Assembly: GCA_965243025.1 (NCBI GenBank)
Contig: CBDETY010000003.1
Location: forward strand, 5,120,001 to 5,184,000
Origin: Candidatus Latescibacterota bacterium
Lineage (GTDB): Bacteria > Latescibacterota > UBA2968 > UBA8231
Length of the DNA: 64,000 bases
Reading direction: 5' to 3'
Positions 40,293 through 50,048 of this stretch are shown here, in pieces. A model generated the notes under the pieces. It saw only the letters and a program-made list of their open reading frames with translations, was not told where the DNA came from and made no database searches. A program made the position numbers and the translations under genes. How positions within the stretch are numbered: the stretch's first letter is position 1; each line of letters begins with the position of its first letter.

Positions 40293-42647
40293 TCAGTCCG
40301 TCCTGCTCCAGAAACCTCCGGCAGCCTGCCTGATGCGGTCGGCCCCGCGGGTGCGGTCCGGGCGGTTCCAGTGGGCGGGGAACAGCTCGCGGTACTGCTC
40401 CTGGGAGAAGCGGCGGTCGACGAGCAGGATCAGCCCGCGGTCGGCCTCGCCGCGGATGACGCGGCCGGCGGCCTGCAGCACCCGGTTCATCCCCGGGTAG
40501 GTGTAGGCGTAGGCGAACCCCGGCAGGTTGCGCTCGTCGAAGTAGCCGCGGATCAGGTCGCGCTCCAGGCAGATCCGGGGCAGGCCGACGCCGACGATGA
40601 CGGCCCCCACCAGCCGCTCCCCCACCAGGTCGATCCCCTCGCCGAAGATGCCCCCCATCACCGCGAAGCCGACGACGGTCTCGCGGTTGTCGCTGTCGAA
40701 CACGGCGAGGAACTGCTCGCGCTCCGCTTCGCTCATGCCGCGCCGCTGCACCAGGGTGCGGATGCCGGGGCCGCCGGGAAAGCGGCCGTACACCTCTTCG
40801 AGATACTTGTAGGACGGGAAGTAGGCGATGTAGTTGCCGCGGCGCTGCATGGCCGCGGCGGCGATCGACTCGGCGACGTCTCCGTAGGAAGAGCCGCGGC
40901 CGCGCCAGGTGGTGTCGATGTGATCGGCGAGGAGGAGCGCGAGGTGCTCCCGCGGAAACGGCGAGGGCAGGGACAGGGTGAAGTCGTGGCGGTCCCCGCC
41001 GAGCAGGTCGCGGAAGTAGTCGAGGGGGGTCAGGGTCGCCGAGAAGAAGGCGGCGGACCTGCCGCGCTTGAGGGCGGCGCGGATCTGCGCCGAGGGGTCG
41101 ATGCAGTAGAGGCGCAGGCTGAGGTCGCGCCCCGAAAGCTCCGCGCAGGTGACGTAGCGCTCGTCGAAGAGCTCGGCGACGCGCAGGAAGCCGGCCGCGG
41201 TGAAGTAGCAGTCGAGGAGGTCGCCGCCGTAGGGAGCAGCCCGGCTGCGGGCGAGAAGGGGCTCGGCGATGGCGTTGAAGCGCTCCAGCAGGTACGGCAG
41301 GTCCTCCGGTTTTTCCCGGTCGAGCCAGTTCTCGCCGTCCCCCTCCTGCTCGCAGCGCTCGGCGACGCCGCGCAGGCAGGAGTCGATATCCGCCAGCGCT
41401 TTGGCCAGGTGGGGGTGATCCCCTCCCAGGGTCCTCTTCAAGCGGCGGAATTCCGACCGCTTCAGCTCGGCGGAGTACATGTCGCGGGCGCGCTCGACCA
41501 GGTTGTGGGCCTCGTCGACCAGGAAGAGGTACTTGCCCCGGGTGTCGAGGAAGTAGCGGCGCAGGTAGGCCTTGGGATCGAAGACGTAGTTGTAGTCGCA
41601 GATGATCGCGTCGGCCCACAGCGAGAGGTCGAGCGACAGCTCGAACGGGCAGACGGTGTGCCGCCGCGCCACCTCCTCGATCGCGGTGCGCGTTGCGGCT
41701 CCCAGCGAAAGGGCCTCGTCGACGGCGTCGTTGACGCGGTCGTAGTAGCCGAGGGCGTACTGGCAGGTCTCCTGGTCGCAGGGGCGTCCGCCCCTGGCAT
41801 TGAAGCAGATGCGGTCGCGGGCGGTCAGGGTCACGCTCTTGAACTCGAGGCCGGCCCCCCGCAGGTCGGCGAACGCCTTTTCGGCGACGGCGCGGCCGCT
41901 CGTCTTGGCCGTGAGGTAGAAGATCTTTTCGACGCGCCCCTCGCCGACCGCCTGGACCGCGGGGAACAGCACCGAGATGGTCTTGCCGATCCCGGTCGGC
42001 GCCTCGGCGTAGAGCCTGCCCCGGGCGGCGACGGTGTCGGCGACGCAGGCGGACAGCTCCTCCTGCCCCGGGCGGAAGCTCGGGAAGGGGAAGCGAAGCC
42101 CCTCGATCGAGCGGTCCCGCTTCCAGCAGTGCTCGCGGTAGGCGCGCTCGCGGCGGAGATAGCGGGTGACGACCTCCTCGAAGAAACCGGCGAGCTCCCC
42201 GATCTCGAAGGTGCGGCGGTCTTCGCGGATTTCGCTGGAGCCCAGCTGCAGGTAGGTAAGCTGAACGTCGACCTCGGAAACCCCGTGCTGAACTCCGAGG
42301 ATGTAGCCGTAGATCCTGGCCTGGGCCCAGTGCAGGGGGTCGTCGCCGCGTCCGGCATCGAAGGGGCCGTAGGTCGTCTTGATCTCTTCGACCAGGAGCC
42401 CGTCCCCGTCGAGGAGCACCCCGTCGGCGCGGCCGCTGATCTCGAGAGAGACCGGATCTGCTTCGTAGCGGAATGAGACGGCGACCTCGCTCTCGTAGCC
42501 GTCGGGGCGCAGCCCCTGCACGTACTGGTGGCCGCGCGTTCCCTCGACGGCGCGCTTCGCGGTGACGAACGGCGACCCGAGGTCCCCGGAGCGGAGAGCG
42601 AAGCCGATGAGGTCGCGGACGGAAACTTGAACGAGAACGGGTTGCAT
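40293..42647 (-). CDS. DinG/XPD-family Fe-S helicase with N-terminal PD-(D/E)xK nuclease domain
   Basis: GRADG...EEIKT...QARIY; APTGIGKT; Cys cluster; DEAHN; SATL; QAAGRVIR. Confidence 0.9.
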   Translation of the reverse strand: MQPVLVQVSVRDLIGFALRSGDLGSPFVTAKRAVEGTRGHQYVQGLRPDGYESEVAVSFRYEADPVSLEISGRADGVLLDGDGLLVEEIKTTYGPFDAGRGDDPLHWAQARIYGYILGVQHGVSEVDVQLTYLQLGSSEIREDRRTFEIGELAGFFEEVVTRYLRRERAYREHCWKRDRSIEGLRFPFPSFRPGQEELSACVADTVAARGRLYAEAPTGIGKTISVLFPAVQAVGEGRVEKIFYLTAKTSGRAVAEKAFADLRGAGLEFKSVTLTARDRICFNARGGRPCDQETCQYALGYYDRVNDAVDEALSLGAATRTAIEEVARRHTVCPFELSLDLSLWADAIICDYNYVFDPKAYLRRYFLDTRGKYLFLVDEAHNLVERARDMYSAELKRSEFRRLKRTLGGDHPHLAKALADIDSCLRGVAERCEQEGDGENWLDREKPEDLPYLLERFNAIAEPLLARSRAAPYGGDLLDCYFTAAGFLRVAELFDERYVTCAELSGRDLSLRLYCIDPSAQIRAALKRGRSAAFFSATLTPLDYFRDLLGGDRHDFTLSLPSPFPREHLALLLADHIDTTWRGRGSSYGDVAESIAAAAMQRRGNYIAYFPSYKYLEEVYGRFPGGPGIRTLVQRRGMSEAEREQFLAVFDSDNRETVVGFAVMGGIFGEGIDLVGERLVGAVIVGVGLPRICLERDLIRGYFDERNLPGFAYAYTYPGMNRVLQAAGRVIRGEADRGLILLVDRRFSQEQYRELFPAHWNRPDRTRGADRIRQAAGGFWSRTD

Positions 42648-42813
42648 GAGGTAGCCGGTGATGGACCACCGGAATATAATTAGCCTTACCCCTCGCGGAC
42701 GGTTCTGCCCCGGCTTCCATGCGGTTGCCGGCGGCCCGGCGGGGCCGGCAGGCCGTTCGCGGTGCCGCGCCGATTGCGGCTAAAACCCACCTTTTCAGGT
42801 CGAAGCGAAGCCA

Positions 42814-43695
42814 ATGGCCGCGTCGGCAAAACCCGTTCTCCTCGGTGTCATCGGAGGCTCCGGTCTCTACCAGATGGACGGAGTCGAGGTCGTTGCCGAG
42901 CACCCCGTGGAGACTCCGTACGGACCCCCCTCGGACAACCTGATCGAGGCGAGGATCTCCGGGCGTAGCGCCTGGTTCATCCCCCGCCACGGCAGGGGGC
43001 ACAGGCTGACCCCGACCGAAGTTCCGTACCGCGCCAACATCCACGCCCTGAAGCAGATGGGGGTCACCCACCTGCTCTCGGCCAGCGCCGTCGGCATCAT
43101 GACCGAGCGCATCAGGCCGGGAGAGATGGTGATACCGGACCAGATCTTCGACCGCACCCGCGACCTGCGCCCCCACACCTTCTTCGGCGACGGCATCGTC
43201 GGCCACGTGTCGATGGCGGATCCGTTCTGTGGAGAGCTCGGTGCCGTGGTCGCCGCGGCGGGACGCGCCTGCGGAGCGACCGTGCACGAAGGGGGAACCT
43301 ACCTCTGCATGGAGGGGCCGCAGTTCTCGACCCGGGCCGAGTCTTTCCACTACAAGGACGTCGTCGGCGCTTCGGTCATCGGCATGACCGCGGTCCCCGA
43401 GGCCAAGCTCGCCCGCGAGGCCGAGCTCTGTTACAGCATGCTGGCGATGGGGACCGACTACGACTGCTGGCACGAGGAAGAGGAGGACGTGTCGGTCGGA
43501 GCGGTGATCGAAACGCTGAGGGCGAACGCCGCGGCCGCAAGCCGCATCATCGCCGCGGTGGCGGCCTCCCTGCCGTCCGAGTCGGATTGCGAGTGCCTGG
43601 AGGCGGCGCGCCACGCCATCATCACGGCCCCCGAAGCGATCGGCGACGAGGCGAAGGCACGGCTGGAGCCCCTTTTCGGCAAGTACTTCCGCTGA
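42814..43695 (+). CDS. mtnP: S-methyl-5'-thioadenosine phosphorylase
   Basis: IGGSGLY, PRHGRGH, EGPQFSTRAES, GMT and TDYDCW. Confidence 0.95.
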   Translation: MAASAKPVLLGVIGGSGLYQMDGVEVVAEHPVETPYGPPSDNLIEARISGRSAWFIPRHGRGHRLTPTEVPYRANIHALKQMGVTHLLSASAVGIMTERIRPGEMVIPDQIFDRTRDLRPHTFFGDGIVGHVSMADPFCGELGAVVAAAGRACGATVHEGGTYLCMEGPQFSTRAESFHYKDVVGASVIGMTAVPEAKLAREAELCYSMLAMGTDYDCWHEEEEDVSVGAVIETLRANAAAASRIIAAVAASLPSESDCECLEAARHAIITAPEAIGDEAKARLEPLFGKYFR

Positions 43696-43703
43696 GCCCC
43701 CGG

Positions 43704-44786
43704 ATGTCCCCTCCCCTCAAAATCGCCGCCGCCGGCGTCGGCCGCATCGGCATCTACCACGCCCTCCACGTTCAGGAGCTCGCCAACCGGGAGGGGACCT
43801 GCGAGCTGACCGCCATCGTCGACGGCCACGAGGACCTCGCCGGGCGCGTCGCCGCGCAGCTGCAGCCGGGGCAGGAAGCGAAAATCCGGACTTTCACGTC
43901 GGTTTCCGAACTGGCGGAGGCCGGCGCTGCCGACGCCTCGGTGATCGCCTCGCGCACCGCCGACCACTTCCGGGAAGCCCGAACCCTGATCGACGCCGGC
44001 CAGCGGGTGCTGCTGGAGAAGCCGCTCACCCACTCGCTGGAAACGTCGCGCGAGTTCGTCGCCTGGCTCGACGGGGACGAGCGCCGCCGGCAGGCGTTGA
44101 TGCTCGCCTTCATGCGCCGCTTCGACGCGCCCCTGCTGCGCGCCAGGGAGCTGCTGGCCGAAGGGAGCATCGGCAAGGTCTTCAAGATCGTCTCCATCCT
44201 CGAGGACCCGCACGGCCCGCCCGAGGGGTACAGCAGCCCCGGGCTGCTCATCGACATGGGGGTCCACAACGCCGACGAAGTCATCTGGCTCACCGGGAAG
44301 GTGCCGCGCTCCGTGACCGGCATGGGGGCGCGGCTGCACAACCAGAAGGTCAGCTCCGTCGCCGAGGACTTCGACGACGTCTTCATCCAGATGTGGCTCG
44401 AGGAGGACGTGATCGCCCAGGTCCAGGTGGGCCGCAACCACGTCGCCGGCTACCGCAACGAAACCTGCGTCTACGGAGATGAGGGGGTGATCCAGGTCGG
44501 CCACTTCCAGGAGAACCCGCTCGAGGTGCAGTTCGAGGCCTTCGGGAGGGGCAGCGTTATCGAAAGACAGGTTTTCCGAATGCGCGACTACGGCCGCGAG
44601 GTGCCGGTATTCATCGAGCGCTTCGGCCCGGCGTATTCAGCCGAGATCGCCCACTTCGTCAAGCAGTGCCGGAACGGGGGGCCGTTCAGCGTCGACCAGC
44701 GGGACGGCCTGCGGGCGCAGCAGGTGGTCGACGCGGGGAAGCGTTCCCTGCTGGGAGCCGGGGACGCGGTCGCGATCGAACTCTGA
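43704..44786 (+). CDS. Gfo/Idh/MocA oxidoreductase (inositol 2-dehydrogenase-like)
   Basis: GVGRIG, EKPL, FMRRFD and DMGVH. Confidence 0.88.
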   Translation: MSPPLKIAAAGVGRIGIYHALHVQELANREGTCELTAIVDGHEDLAGRVAAQLQPGQEAKIRTFTSVSELAEAGAADASVIASRTADHFREARTLIDAGQRVLLEKPLTHSLETSREFVAWLDGDERRRQALMLAFMRRFDAPLLRARELLAEGSIGKVFKIVSILEDPHGPPEGYSSPGLLIDMGVHNADEVIWLTGKVPRSVTGMGARLHNQKVSSVAEDFDDVFIQMWLEEDVIAQVQVGRNHVAGYRNETCVYGDEGVIQVGHFQENPLEVQFEAFGRGSVIERQVFRMRDYGREVPVFIERFGPAYSAEIAHFVKQCRNGGPFSVDQRDGLRAQQVVDAGKRSLLGAGDAVAIEL

Positions 44787-44852
44787 GCGGAGCCCGGACG
44801 ATCCGCAAAAACTCCTGCCCGGCATGACGAAACCTATAAGGAGAAGACGCAC

Positions 44853-45797
44853 ATGAGACCCTTTATCCATTTCAACAGGAGGTTTCCGGTGTGGTCACAG
44901 GCAATCTTCTTTTTGATTGTGGTATCGCTAATTGCTGGCTGCACCGCCGCGTTGGCCCACGAGGGGGAAAGAATCTATCCCATTTTCGAGATCACCGATG
45001 ACATGCTGGAGTTGATCGATCTGAAGGACCAGGGCGTCGAGGAGTGGGAAGAGTTATGGGAACCTTCGCTTACGACGCTGGACTTCACCAGGGAAGTTGT
45101 TGATGGCCGTACATCGACAAGAGAGATAGTCTCGAATGATCCGTCGGACCTGGATTTCCGGATGTGGGTGGGCTGGAACGACACGCACAATCGTCTGTAT
45201 GTGTCGGGACAATTCGCAGATGACATTTATTTGAGAGAGGGTACCATACGGCACGCTCCAGATTATATGAACTTCTACGTCGATGGCGACCACACCGGGG
45301 GACAGTACCATTACCTTACCGGAGACCGGTACCGGGACAACTATGCGCAGGCCCAGGCATATTGGGCACCGTTTCCCTGGGATCGGGGACTTCCCATTGA
45401 GATGGGCTATAACTCCTTTGGAGAACGCTACCAATCTGCATGGGCAGGAGAGCTTCCTTACGCCTACGGGAGAAACGGCGCTGAAGGGGAAAACCCTGTC
45501 GTCTGGAACGTTGAATTTTACATTACCCCGTTCGCCCTGCTGGATTATGATCCGGAAGACAGTCTGGTTTCCGAGTTGGAGAGGGGTAAGGTGATTGGCT
45601 TTTACATAGCAGTCGGAGATGGTGATATGGAAGACGAGGCAGGTAATTTTTACTACTTGGATAAAGGTGTTGGGACCCCCAACTCGAACGCGGATGCTTT
45701 TGTTGATGGAGTACTTCTAGGGGCCGGAGAGTTTGTGGAAGGCAGCGCCGTCCAACCGAGTTCCTGGGGCATGATAAAAGCCTCGTTGGGATACTGA
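44853..45797 (+). CDS. Secreted CBM9/DOMON-like protein with SWGMIKASL tail (P1)
   Basis: AAGGAG RBS; signal peptide ALA-HEG; family framework motifs. Confidence 0.8.
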   Translation: MRPFIHFNRRFPVWSQAIFFLIVVSLIAGCTAALAHEGERIYPIFEITDDMLELIDLKDQGVEEWEELWEPSLTTLDFTREVVDGRTSTREIVSNDPSDLDFRMWVGWNDTHNRLYVSGQFADDIYLREGTIRHAPDYMNFYVDGDHTGGQYHYLTGDRYRDNYAQAQAYWAPFPWDRGLPIEMGYNSFGERYQSAWAGELPYAYGRNGAEGENPVVWNVEFYITPFALLDYDPEDSLVSELERGKVIGFYIAVGDGDMEDEAGNFYYLDKGVGTPNSNADAFVDGVLLGAGEFVEGSAVQPSSWGMIKASLGY

Positions 45798-45857
45798 ACT
45801 GAGTTACCAGGTAGGAGTTGATGCTTCTGCCCCAAGGTACGGAAAGGAGGAACCCTC

Positions 45858-46808
45858 ATGAAAAGCAGAATTCTCTTTCACAAGGAGAGTTTGGCGTCGA
45901 GGCCTCTGCCCATTGTTTGTGTAGTGGAGGTATTACTGGTCCTTGGTTCTGTTCATTCTTACGCCCACCAGGGGGACAGAATCTATCCCATTTACGAGAT
46001 CACGGATGAAATGCTGGAATTAATTGATCTCGAAGATGGAAGGATCGATGAGTGGGAAGAATTATTCGAACCCTCGATTACGACGCTGGACTTTACCAGG
46101 AAAATTTTGGACCGGAATACTTCGAAAAGAGAAATAGTCTCGTATGATCCCTCCGACCTTGATTTTCAAATCTGGCTGGTTTGGAACGAAACCCACAACC
46201 GTCTGTATGTTTCGGGTCAGTTCGCGGACGATATACATGTGAGAGATAAAGAGGGTAAAAGACGCCGATCACCCGATTATATGTACTTTCACGTTGACGG
46301 GGACCACAGCGGTGGGGAATACCGGGGCCTTACGGGAGATCGGTACTGGGAAGATTTCACGCATGCCCAAACGTACACCGCCCCGTTTTTTTACGAACTG
46401 GAATTCCCCCTTGGGTTAAGTTACAACACCTTTGGTCAACCCTACGAATTTTCCTGGGTAGGGGAGCTCCCCTACGCCCACGGGGGAGAAGGAGCAAACG
46501 GAGAAAACCCAGTTGTCTGGAATGTCGAGTTTTTCATAACTCCGTTTGATTTTCTCGATCCTGAACCGGAAAACAGTATAGTTTCAGAGTTGGACAGGAA
46601 TAAAATCATTGGCTTTTACATAGTTGTCGGAGATGGTGAGGTTCGAGAGGAGAGTGATTCCTACAGTCTGGATGAAGTGGAAGGGGCCCCTGGTTGGACT
46701 GCGGACGATTTTGTTGATGGATTCCTGATTGGCGCCGGTGAGTTTGCGGAAGGCAGCGCAGTCCAGCCGAGTTCCTGGGGAATGATAAAGGCCTCCTTGG
46801 GATACTGA
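45858..46808 (+). CDS. Secreted CBM9/DOMON-like protein with SWGMIKASL tail (P2)
   Basis: AGGAGG RBS; signal peptide SYA-HQG; family framework motifs. Confidence 0.8.
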   Translation: MKSRILFHKESLASRPLPIVCVVEVLLVLGSVHSYAHQGDRIYPIYEITDEMLELIDLEDGRIDEWEELFEPSITTLDFTRKILDRNTSKREIVSYDPSDLDFQIWLVWNETHNRLYVSGQFADDIHVRDKEGKRRRSPDYMYFHVDGDHSGGEYRGLTGDRYWEDFTHAQTYTAPFFYELEFPLGLSYNTFGQPYEFSWVGELPYAHGGEGANGENPVVWNVEFFITPFDFLDPEPENSIVSELDRNKIIGFYIVVGDGEVREESDSYSLDEVEGAPGWTADDFVDGFLIGAGEFAEGSAVQPSSWGMIKASLGY

Positions 46809-46868
46809 GGGGCAAGCTGGTTCATCCGTTGAAGCCTGAATAATCCCTCCAGAATAGGAGAATTCCCA

Positions 46869-47836
46869 ATGACACCCGAGAAGGTCCATAAAAAAATTCC
46901 TGTAACGCCAAAAATTCCTGTAACACTGTTACTTGAATTTTCTGTATTATCCAGATTTCGTTGCTCCTTGGGTCTTTCCATGCATCCGCCCACCGGGGAG
47001 ATAGAGTCATTCCCATTTACGAGATCACGGACGACATGCTGGAGTTTATAGATCTTGATGACGGGAGCATAGACGAGTGGGATGAGCTATTCGAGCCCAC
47101 CCTTACCACACTGGATTTCACCAGACAGATTTTGGACCGGAATACGTTGAATAGAGAGACAGTGGCCTACGATCCAGCGGACCTGGACTTCAGAATTTGG
47201 CTTGGATGGAATGACACCCACAACCGGTTGTATGTCTCAGGACAGTTCGCAGACGAAGTGCATGTCAGGGAGCGTAAGAGTTTTGAGGAACTAGATTGTC
47301 TGTACTGGCACATCGATGGCGACCATTCGGGGGGTCCATATCAGTTTTTTTCTGGAGAACGGTCTCAGGCAAGCCTTCGGCATGCTCAGTCATACACCGC
47401 ACCTTTTGAATACGAGCCAGAACTTTCCGTGGGGTTGAGGTATAATTCTTTTGGGGAACCTTACGAATTTGATTGGGCAGGTTACCCACCCTACGCCCAA
47501 GGGGGTGACGGGGCTGCGGGTGAGTTTCCGATCGTCTGGGTTGTGGAATTTTTCATCACTCCTTTTGACTACCTTGATGACGACCCGGAAGGCAGTGTGA
47601 TTTCCGAGTTGGAGGGCGGTAAAGTGATCGGGATATTCCTCGCAGTCGGAGATGGAGACTTGGACTCATCCGAAGGTGATGGATACAGAATTTATGATAG
47701 TTCCAAAGGTGGTGGGAACCCTCACGAAACCGCAGACGCTTTTGTTGATGGTGCGCTTTTGCACGCGGATGGGCAATTTGAAAGTGTGGTCCTACCCAGT
47801 TCCTGGGGTTTGATCAAAGCATCGTTGATATACTAG
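46869..47836 (+). pseudogene. Family paralogue P3, frameshifted within the signal peptide
   Basis: AGGAG RBS precedes ATG 46869, but the mature domain lies in the frame of 46961; a 1-bp insertion near 46945 restores LLEFSVIIQISLLLG, matching P4. Confidence 0.7.
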
Positions 47837-47904
47837 GTAGGAAATGTAGTTTGAAAATTGACTCCGTGTGTTTCCCGAAATTCTTAGCGAAAGAGGAATC
47901 TTCC

Positions 47905-48861
47905 ATGAAAGCTAGGATTAAAGTTCCCCAAAAAGGAATTGGAATTCGGATTCTACAACTTACCGTTATGGTCCAGGTGTCGCTCCTCCTTGGAGCTCCT
48001 CGTTCCTTCGCCCACCAGGGGGAAAGGATCTATCCTTTTTATGAAATCACGGATTACATGCTGGAGTTGATCGATCTGGAAGACGGAAGCATTGAGGAAT
48101 GGGAAGAGCTGTTCGAACCTTCACTTACCACGCTGGACTTTACCAGGAAAATTTGGGACCGCAATACGTTGGATAGAGAGATAGTGTCTTATGATCCTTC
48201 GGACCTTGATTTCAGAATCTGGATGGCTTGGAACGACAAACACGAACGTCTGTATGTGGCAGGACAGTTCGCGGATGATATACATGTGAGAAAGGGGAGC
48301 AGAAACCTGGCACCAGACTATATGTGGTTTCACATAGACGGTGACCACACCGGGGGGGAGTACTATTTCCTTACGGGAAACCGTTTCCGGGATAATCTCG
48401 CTCATGCCCAGACATACACTGCGCCGTTTTTTTTCGAACCAGAATTTTCCCTTGGGTTGATGTATAACACCTTCGGAGAACCCTTCGAATTTGCCTGGGC
48501 GGCGGAGCTTCCTTACGGCTTCGGAAGAGACGGCGCTGAGGGGGAAAACCCTGTGGTCTGGAATGTCGAATTTTTCATAACTCCGTTCGACCTCCTGGAT
48601 CCTTATCCGGAAAATAGTATGGTTTCCGAGTTGGAGAGTGGAAAAGTGATTGGCTTTTACATTGGAGTAGGAGATAGTGATTTGGACGAAGAGGAAGGTG
48701 ACGGATACAATATTTATGATAGGTCCAAGGGTGGGGGGAACCCTTCACAAACGGCTGACGCTTTTGTTGATGGAGTCTTACTGCGGGCCGGAGAATTTGT
48801 GGAAGGCAGCGCCGTCCAACCGAGTTCCTGGGGCATGATAAAAGCCTCCTTGAGTTACTAA
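47905..48861 (+). CDS. Secreted CBM9/DOMON-like protein with SWGMIKASL tail (P4)
   Basis: GAGG RBS; signal peptide SFA-HQG; family framework motifs. Confidence 0.8.
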   Translation: MKARIKVPQKGIGIRILQLTVMVQVSLLLGAPRSFAHQGERIYPFYEITDYMLELIDLEDGSIEEWEELFEPSLTTLDFTRKIWDRNTLDREIVSYDPSDLDFRIWMAWNDKHERLYVAGQFADDIHVRKGSRNLAPDYMWFHIDGDHTGGEYYFLTGNRFRDNLAHAQTYTAPFFFEPEFSLGLMYNTFGEPFEFAWAAELPYGFGRDGAEGENPVVWNVEFFITPFDLLDPYPENSMVSELESGKVIGFYIGVGDSDLDEEEGDGYNIYDRSKGGGNPSQTADAFVDGVLLRAGEFVEGSAVQPSSWGMIKASLSY

Positions 48862-48958
48862 GCATTTAAGTAGCAGGCGGTTTATAACCCATCCCCTTAC
48901 AGCATGGGCCGATAGGCCTCGCAGTGTTGACCGGAAAGTCGGTCATCCATGGGTTGAG

Positions 48959-49429
48959 ATGATTTTCCCGAACCATTTGCGAGCCCTGAAAATCATTTGC
49001 GGCACCCTCCAAAACACTGAAGTCGTCTGGGCGATTACCGGCAGCCTCGGTTTAGCGCTCCGGGGCATGGAGCTCGAAGTCAACGACATCGACCTGCAGA
49101 CCGATGCGGCCGGTGCCTACGGCATCCAGAACGCCTTTTCCGGGAGCATTGTTCGCCAGGTCCGGCTTTCCATGTCCGAGGAAATCGCCTCTCACTGGGG
49201 AGAGTTGGAAATAGAGGGGGTCAAGGTCGAAATAATGGGCGGGCTACAGAAGAAAAGCCCGGACCGTACCTGGGAACCCCCGGTTGAAGTGGAACAACAC
49301 CTGGAATTCGTGCCATTCGAAGGCATGATGCTGCCGGTCCTGTCCTTGAAGTACGAGGAGCAGGCCTACCGGAAACTTGGAAGAGCCGAAAAGGCCGACC
49401 GAATCAAGGACTGGCTCACCCGCAGTTAA
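48959..49429 (+). CDS. Nucleotidyltransferase-fold protein
   Basis: WAITGSLGLAL...NDIDL (GS...DxD) and KVEIMG. Confidence 0.7.
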   Translation: MIFPNHLRALKIICGTLQNTEVVWAITGSLGLALRGMELEVNDIDLQTDAAGAYGIQNAFSGSIVRQVRLSMSEEIASHWGELEIEGVKVEIMGGLQKKSPDRTWEPPVEVEQHLEFVPFEGMMLPVLSLKYEEQAYRKLGRAEKADRIKDWLTRS

Positions 49430-49523
49430 AAGCCCGGCGAGGATGTCCCTGCTGACGGCAATGAATTCCTGTGGAACGGCGTTCGGCGAGTTGAGTGCAG
49501 GGAGTTACCCCTGTCCGGTCCAA

Positions 49524-49689
49524 TTACTTGCCTGGTTCGTTCGGCTCTTGCATCGATGACTCAGCTTCTCCGGGTTCCTCCTCGACGAATCCTCGACTCA
49601 TGAGGTAAGTCGCTTTCGCACAGCAGGGGGGCGGCTCTCGCGGCTTTCTCTGCTCGGGAGAACTCGGCCAGAATGCACGCGGAATTCAC
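49524..49689 (-). pseudogene. HEPN-domain toxin remnant with internal deletion
   Basis: GTG overlaps the MNT stop; N-terminal ILAEFSRAEKAARAAPLL joined out of frame to C-terminal YLMSRGFVEEE; no R-x4-6-H/Y core. Confidence 0.55.
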
Positions 49690-50021
49690 AGGACGGGAAC
49701 TCCGTCTCTTGTCACGGTCTGCCAGAAAGGGGCTCGATCCTCGCGGCGCTGCTCCCATTCTTCCCTCGTGTAAACTACAAAGGAAGGCACCACCTCCGTG
49801 CCGATGGCCAGCATGTTGCCCGGACGGCTGATTTCTCCTTTTCGGCGCCAGTCTCCTTCCGCGATGACGAGGAGGAGGTCCAGATCCGAATCAGGGGTGG
49901 AATCGCCGCGGGCCTTGGAGCCGAAAATCAGAAACTCTTCCACAAGGCCGGGAAACTGGTCGTCCAGAATCTGGCGGTATGCATCGAGCCACCGCTGTTC
50001 TTCCGGGGTCAGGTGGAGCAT
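49686..50021 (-). CDS. Minimal nucleotidyltransferase (MntA-type antitoxin)
   Basis: IFGSKARGDSTPDSDLDLLLV; 111 aa. Confidence 0.88.
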   Translation of the reverse strand: MLHLTPEEQRWLDAYRQILDDQFPGLVEEFLIFGSKARGDSTPDSDLDLLLVIAEGDWRRKGEISRPGNMLAIGTEVVPSFVVYTREEWEQRREDRAPFWQTVTRDGVPVL

Positions 50022-50048
50022 GATTCTTCTCTTCAGTTAAGGCGGCCT

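Noticed and set aside
40293-42647. Type IV CRISPR CasDinG locus
   Set aside because: No csf genes or array; housekeeping neighbourhood
44853-48861. Diversity-generating retroelement as the cause of paralogue variation
   Set aside because: No reverse transcriptase in the window and no near-identical TR/VR pair differing only at adenines; differences include indels and all base types
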